A DNA stretch of 64,000 nucleotides from contig JBBECV010000008.1 in the NCBI GenBank assembly GCA_040881635.1, positions 596 to 64,595 of the forward strand, given 5' to 3'. Of this stretch, positions 59,849 through 64,000 are shown piece after piece. Made by a program: the position numbers and the translations under genes. The first letter of the stretch is position 1. Every line of letters starts with the position of its first letter. This DNA comes from Thermoleophilaceae bacterium (GTDB lineage Bacteria > Actinomycetota > Thermoleophilia > Solirubrobacterales > Thermoleophilaceae). The notes beneath the pieces were generated by a model that was not told the DNA's origin, searched no databases, and was given only the letters and a program-made list of their open reading frames with translations.

Positions 59849-61509
59849 ACTGGTTCGGCGTGTCGCAGGATCCGGCAGCCGCAGCGTCGAGGCCTCGGCT
59901 TGCCGGGCACGGAGCGACGCTCGTCACCGGCGGCAAGGGGTTCGCCGGCGGCCATCTCGTCGAGCTGCTCTCCAGCCGCGAGGGCCGGGTGACGCTGGCG
60001 CCTCCGCGCGGAGAGCTGGACCTGCGCGACCGCGACGCGGTCCGCCGCGCCGTCGCCGACACACGGCCGGCGACGGTGTTCCACCTGGCAGCGTTCAGCT
60101 CTCCCAGCCGGTCGTGGGAGCAGCCGGACGGAGCGGTGCTGGCCAACGTCGAGATGACGCTCAACGTGCTCGAGGCCGTCCGCCATGAGGCGCCCGGCGC
60201 CGGGGTCGTGCTGGTCGGATCGGGACAGGCCTACGGCGAGCCGGACGAGCTGCCGGTCACCGAGGACGTCAGACTCGAGCCGCTCAACCCGTACGCGGTG
60301 TCAAAGGCCTCGTCCGACATGCTCGGCCGCCAGTACGCCGCGGCGTACGGGATGCGCGTCGTGCGCCTGCGCCCTTTCAACCACGCCGGGCCCGGCCAGT
60401 CGGAGGACTACGTGGTGAGCACTCTCGCGCGCCAGGTCGCGGCGGCCGAGGCCGCCGGCGCGGACGAGGCGCTGATCCGCACCGGCGACCCCGACTCCGC
60501 GCGCGACTTCACCGATGTCCGCGACGTCGTGCGCGCCTACGCGCTCGCGGCGGAGCTCGACGGCGGCGCCTACAACGTCTGCAGCGGCCACCCGACGACG
60601 GTGCGCGAGCTCGTCGAGGCCGTCTCCGCGCACGCCCGGATCCCCGTCCGCCACGAGGTCGATCCCGGTCGGCTGCGGGCCCACGACGCGCGCACGATGC
60701 ACGGCTCGCACGAGCGCCTCACCGAGGCCACCGGCTGGCAGCCGGAGATCCCGCTGGAGCAGACCGTGCGCGACACGCTCGACTGGTGGCGCGAGCCGGC
60801 GCAGCCGGTCGAGCGGCCTACCGAGGGCGCCGGCGAGCCGCCATCGCCGCGTCGCGCGCAGCTCGGCGAGCAGCTCGTCGGCCGTGCGCGCGCGCAGCGC
60901 CCACTCGTCGCGCTCGCGCTCCATCGCCTGCCCGCACTCGTGCGCGACGGTCGCCTCGGTCTGCATGCGCCACGCGTCCCCCTCGGCGCGCGCGAGCAGC
61001 CGGCCCATCCGCTCGGCCTCGCGGAGCGCGGACGTGGACGCGTCGGGACGCGCCCCTACGCGGCGCCACTCGGAAACGAGCGCCTCGGCGTGCCTGCCGG
61101 CGCTGTGCCCGGCGATCGCCAGGTCGCGGTTGGCGGGCCCCATCTCCGGGGCGTAGGCCGCGAGGTCGGCGGCCAGCCGCTGGGGCGTGGCCGCCGTGCA
61201 GTCGACGCGTCCGCCGAAGTTGTCCGCCTCGAGCGCGTCGTAGCGGTCGGGCGTGACCCAGCCGTCGGTCCCGAAGACGTCCATCACGTAGGCGGCGCGG
61301 CCACAGGCCATAGCCTCGACTATCGCGCGTGCCTTGCCGACGACGATGTCCGCCGTGTTGATCTCCGCGACGGGGTCGGCGGTGGCCGTCGCTGCGTGAG
61401 CACCGATCTGCACGCACTCGATGCCGAGGTCCGCGCAGACCCGCTCGACCATCTCACGGCGGTCCCCGCGCAGGTAGTTGCCGAGCAGCAGCAGCCTGCG
61501 CGGGGGTGA
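59839..61509 (+). CDS. rmd: GDP-4-keto-6-deoxy-D-mannose reductase-like SDR (Rmd-like); recognisable domain ends about 60800 but the ORF has no stop until 61509
   Basis: TLVTGGKGFAGGHLVE...FHLAAFSSP...PLNPYAVSKASSDML...FNHAGPGQ...LEQTVRDTLDWWRE. The tail beyond about 60800 is antisense to the convergent GT gene. Confidence 0.7.
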   Translation: MPIDWFGVSQDPAAAASRPRLAGHGATLVTGGKGFAGGHLVELLSSREGRVTLAPPRGELDLRDRDAVRRAVADTRPATVFHLAAFSSPSRSWEQPDGAVLANVEMTLNVLEAVRHEAPGAGVVLVGSGQAYGEPDELPVTEDVRLEPLNPYAVSKASSDMLGRQYAAAYGMRVVRLRPFNHAGPGQSEDYVVSTLARQVAAAEAAGADEALIRTGDPDSARDFTDVRDVVRAYALAAELDGGAYNVCSGHPTTVRELVEAVSAHARIPVRHEVDPGRLRAHDARTMHGSHERLTEATGWQPEIPLEQTVRDTLDWWREPAQPVERPTEGAGEPPSPRRAQLGEQLVGRARAQRPLVALALHRLPALVRDGRLGLHAPRVPLGAREQPAHPLGLAERGRGRVGTRPYAAPLGNERLGVPAGAVPGDRQVAVGGPHLRGVGREVGGQPLGRGRRAVDASAEVVRLERVVAVGRDPAVGPEDVHHVGGAATGHSLDYRACLADDDVRRVDLRDGVGGGRRCVSTDLHALDAEVRADPLDHLTAVPAQVVAEQQQPARG

Positions 61510-61962
61510 CCGCAGCGGCGCGCGCGGGCTGAAGTGGCGGATGTCGACCGGATGCTTGAGGCGGACGACGGGAACGTCCAGCGCCAGCGTGCCGACGCGT
61601 GCCTGGAGGCGGTCGTTGAGCGCCACGACCGCCGAGACGGCGTGCTCGACCGGCGGCGGGAGCTGGAAGTCGAAGTACTCGCTCGGCGCGACGAAGATGT
61701 GCGGCGCGCCGCGGTACCGCGCGGCGAGCTGCGCCGCCATCACGCCATCGCGCGTGAGCAACGCGTCGCACGCCGCGGGCGCATCAGCGACGAGCGCGAC
61801 GTCGACGCCGCGCTCGCGCGCGAGGTCCGCCATCTCGCCCAGCTCCTCCGCGACGATCGTCGCGCCGTGGCCGAGCCGCTGCAGCTGCTCGGCAACCGTC
61901 AGCAGATACGTCTGCGTCCCTCCGATCGACGAGAAATGCGAGCAGGAGAGGACCGCGTCCAT
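60301..61962 (-). CDS. GT-B-like glycosyltransferase with coiled-coil C-terminus; recognisable protein ends about 60800 but the ORF has no stop until 60301
   Basis: SSIGGTQTYLLTVAEQLQRLGH...VVGKARAIVEAMACGRAAYV...ELLAELRATRRWRLAGALGRPLDRLRRL. The tail beyond that is antisense to the rmd-like gene. Confidence 0.6.
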   Translation of the reverse strand: MDAVLSCSHFSSIGGTQTYLLTVAEQLQRLGHGATIVAEELGEMADLARERGVDVALVADAPAACDALLTRDGVMAAQLAARYRGAPHIFVAPSEYFDFQLPPPVEHAVSAVVALNDRLQARVGTLALDVPVVRLKHPVDIRHFSPRAPLRSPPRRLLLLGNYLRGDRREMVERVCADLGIECVQIGAHAATATADPVAEINTADIVVGKARAIVEAMACGRAAYVMDVFGTDGWVTPDRYDALEADNFGGRVDCTAATPQRLAADLAAYAPEMGPANRDLAIAGHSAGRHAEALVSEWRRVGARPDASTSALREAERMGRLLARAEGDAWRMQTEATVAHECGQAMERERDEWALRARTADELLAELRATRRWRLAGALGRPLDRLRRLAPPVERVAHGLLQRDLRLPAGGLGEALVRAVHRARVVGPQPTGIDLVADGDPGVRGDGLDELAHRRRVAAADVVGAAVELRRERVGAHDVADIGEVARGVGVAGADQRLVRAGGLGRRDLARESAHHVVLRLAGPGVVERAQAHDAHPVRRGVLAAEHVGRGL

Positions 61963-62014
61963 GGCGGCACGACTTTACTCGCGGGGAGGCCGCACGCCGG
62001 TGTACCGTGGGCCG

Positions 62015-62728
62015 ATGGTCGAGCGCTCCAGCCCTCAGCCGTCGGATCGCGCTCCGGGGCTGATGGTCGCCGCCGGGGTCGAGCTGCCCGACGACGTCGA
62101 CCTCGGCGTCCATGTCGTAATCCACGCCGGCGTCCGGATCGCCGCCGGCTGCGCGATCGAGGACGGCGCGGTCGTCGGCAAGCCGCCGCGCCTGTCGCCG
62201 CGGTCGCGCGCTCGCCGCGAGGCGCCGGGCCCCACGGTGCTCGAGCCGGGCGCGATCGTCTCGGTCGGCGCCGTCGTGCTCGCGGGCGCGCGCATCGGCG
62301 CCGGCACCGTCGTCGCCGCCCACGCGTTCGTTCGCGAGCGAAGCTCGATCGGCCCGGAGTCGCTCGTCGGAACGGGCGCAGTCGTCGGCTGCGACGTGCG
62401 GACGGGCGCTCGGATGAAGCTGCAGACGGCTTCGGTGCTGGTCAGCGGGTCGACCGTCGAGGACGACGTCTTCGTGGGACCGAGCACGACGAGCATGAAC
62501 GACGCCAGTGCGGGCCGGTCCAAGCCCGAGTTGCACGGGGTGCTCCTGCGCCGGGCCTGCCGTGTCGGCGGCGGCGCGACCCTGCTCCCGGGCATCGAGG
62601 TCGGCGAGGACGCCTTCGTCGGCAGCGGCGCGGTCGTCACGAGGAACGTGCCGGCGGGCGCGGTCGCGATGGGAGTGCCGGCGCGCGTGGTCGGCGAGGT
62701 GCCGGACGGCGACCGGCTGCCGGGTTAG
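62015..62728 (+). CDS. Left-handed beta-helix (hexapeptide-repeat) acyl/acetyltransferase, paralogue of 35671-36438
   Basis: 237 aa from the ATG at 62015. Blocks shared with the paralogue: DRAPGL, HVVIHAG, VEDDVF(I/V)GP, GE(E/D)AFV..GAVVTR(D/N)VP..A(I/V)AMGVPAR. Confidence 0.8.
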   Translation: MVERSSPQPSDRAPGLMVAAGVELPDDVDLGVHVVIHAGVRIAAGCAIEDGAVVGKPPRLSPRSRARREAPGPTVLEPGAIVSVGAVVLAGARIGAGTVVAAHAFVRERSSIGPESLVGTGAVVGCDVRTGARMKLQTASVLVSGSTVEDDVFVGPSTTSMNDASAGRSKPELHGVLLRRACRVGGGATLLPGIEVGEDAFVGSGAVVTRNVPAGAVAMGVPARVVGEVPDGDRLPG

Positions 62729-62791
62729 CGATAGCGGCGGGATGCCAGAGCGCCTCGCCGGGAGCGCGCCTTGCCGACGACCTCCCGCGTG

Positions 62792-63985
62792 TCAGCCGGC
62801 GACGCGCTCGTAGAGCGCCAGCAGGTCGCGCGTGTACCGCTCGCGCGAGTGGCGCTCTCGCGCACGGGCCAGCAGCGCCTCGCCCTCGGCGGCGCGGGCG
62901 TCGTCGTCGTCCCAGAGCGCCGCCACGCGATCGGCGAACGCGTCGGTCGCGCCCATCGGCGTGCAGCGGCCCTCGCCGAGCAGCTCGGGCAGGCCGCCCA
63001 TCGCGGTCGCGGCCACGGGCACGCCCTGGCCTACCGCCTCGAGGGCCGAGAACGGCGAGAACTCGTGGTAGCGCGAGGGCATCAGCACCATCGCGGCGCC
63101 GGCGAGCTCGCCGCGGACGTCGGCCGGGGACAGGCGGCCGAGGAAGGCGGCATCGGCGTCGCGCTCGCGCGCCAGCTGCTCGAGGCGCGCGCGATCGGGG
63201 CCCTCGCCCGCGATCCGCAGCGGCGCGCCAACGGCCGCGCAGGCTTCGATGGCGTCCTCGATCCCCTTCTCCGGCGACAGGCGAGAGGCGACGAGCGCAT
63301 ACCTGCCCTCGCCCGCCCGCGAGCGCTCGGCGAAGTCCTCGTCGGGCAGATAGTGGCCCAGAAGCCCGACACGGTCGGCGGGCAGGCCGCGCGCGGCGAG
63401 CAGGTCGCGGGCGACGGCGCTGGGCGCCACGAAGCGGTCGACCGCCTCGAGCAACCGCGGCTGGTGGCGCGCCAGGGCGGCCGCGTAGGTCACCGCCTCC
63501 GGCAGCGAGCGGCGGCAGTTGAGCACCAGGCCCGGGAGCGTGTTGCGCCCCCGGCAGCGCTGGCAGGGCACGCCGTCGCGCTCGCCGAACCCGGTCGCGC
63601 AGAAGATGCGCACGTTCTCCAGGTTCACCACCACCGCCGCGCCCGCCGCTTGAGCGGCGGCAAGGCCGGCGGGGCCGATCAACGGGACCGTGTTGTGGGC
63701 GTGGAGGACGACGCGCGCGCCGTCGCTCGCCGGTGCGCCCGCGCCCGGCCGGCCACGGCCCGACAGCTCGCGAACCGCATCGGCCAACTCGCCCGGCCGC
63801 GCTCCACCTCCCAGCAGCGCCCGCGCCGCCCCCAGGCGGCTCGCGTCTGCCGAGCTGCGCTCGAAGCTGGCATGCTCCAGGCCAGCCGCCGCCAGCGCCG
63901 CCAGCTGCAACGCCACCGAGCGCTCCTCCCCACCCTCGACCCGGTAGCGGTTGTGGACGACGAGGACGCGGGGGCCGGCTGACAC
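62792..63985 (-). CDS. Glycosyltransferase family 4 (GT-B)
   Basis: 397 aa. RVLVVHNRYRVEGGEE...SRLSPEKGIEDAI...EFSPFSALEAVGQGVPVAATAMGGLPE. Confidence 0.85.
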   Translation of the reverse strand: MSAGPRVLVVHNRYRVEGGEERSVALQLAALAAAGLEHASFERSSADASRLGAARALLGGGARPGELADAVRELSGRGRPGAGAPASDGARVVLHAHNTVPLIGPAGLAAAQAAGAAVVVNLENVRIFCATGFGERDGVPCQRCRGRNTLPGLVLNCRRSLPEAVTYAAALARHQPRLLEAVDRFVAPSAVARDLLAARGLPADRVGLLGHYLPDEDFAERSRAGEGRYALVASRLSPEKGIEDAIEACAAVGAPLRIAGEGPDRARLEQLARERDADAAFLGRLSPADVRGELAGAAMVLMPSRYHEFSPFSALEAVGQGVPVAATAMGGLPELLGEGRCTPMGATDAFADRVAALWDDDDARAAEGEALLARARERHSRERYTRDLLALYERVAG

Positions 63986-64000
63986 CGCGGCAACGCTACC

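Noticed and set aside
61534-63522. 662-aa Arg-rich plus-strand ORF
   Set aside because: It consists almost entirely of R/G/A/P repeats. It overlaps a clear LbH acyltransferase frame and is antisense to a clear GT4 gene.

Overview
This is a high-GC, actinobacterium-like chromosomal segment, densely coding on both strands. Many long Arg/Ala/Gly/Pro-rich shadow ORFs in the six-frame track were ignored. (i) 1-5.9 kb is the right-hand part of an integrative island anchored at the 3-prime end of tRNA-Thr(GGT). It carries a tyrosine integrase, an excisionase-type HTH, a frameshifted XRE gene and a hicBA toxin-antitoxin pair. It also carries a compact three-gene operon: a HEPN protein, a 682-aa GNAT-PIN-GNAT-ASCH-like fusion, and a stand-alone ASCH protein. 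That operon is my best candidate for a previously undescribed RNA-targeting defence or toxin system. (ii) 6-31.8 kb is mostly housekeeping. It holds tRNA-Tyr, the principal sigma factor, folE2, pgsA, a DUF3618/DUF4235/YihY membrane cluster, dipZ with a two-component system, MMPL/TetR, tRNA-Thr(CGT), holB, tmk, an intein-containing class II ribonucleotide reductase (nrdJ), an SMR pump with TetR, and greA. (iii) 31.9-32.9 kb is an MNT/HEPN toxin-antitoxin pair. (iv) 33-37.3 kb holds miscellaneous enzymes. (v) 37.4-64 kb is a large cell-envelope glycan locus. It contains wzm/wzt, a methyltransferase and a two-domain glycosyltransferase, gmd and an rmd-like gene, a 6-deoxy-L-hexosamine pathway, two Wzx-like flippases, many GT2/GT4 genes, a hipA remnant, and an odd convergent gene pair with no stop codons. 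I recognised no rRNA, CRISPR array or transposase. All domain calls come from reading motifs by eye, not from database searches. Hand-derived coordinates (tRNAs, alternative starts, hairpins) may be off by 1-3 nt.
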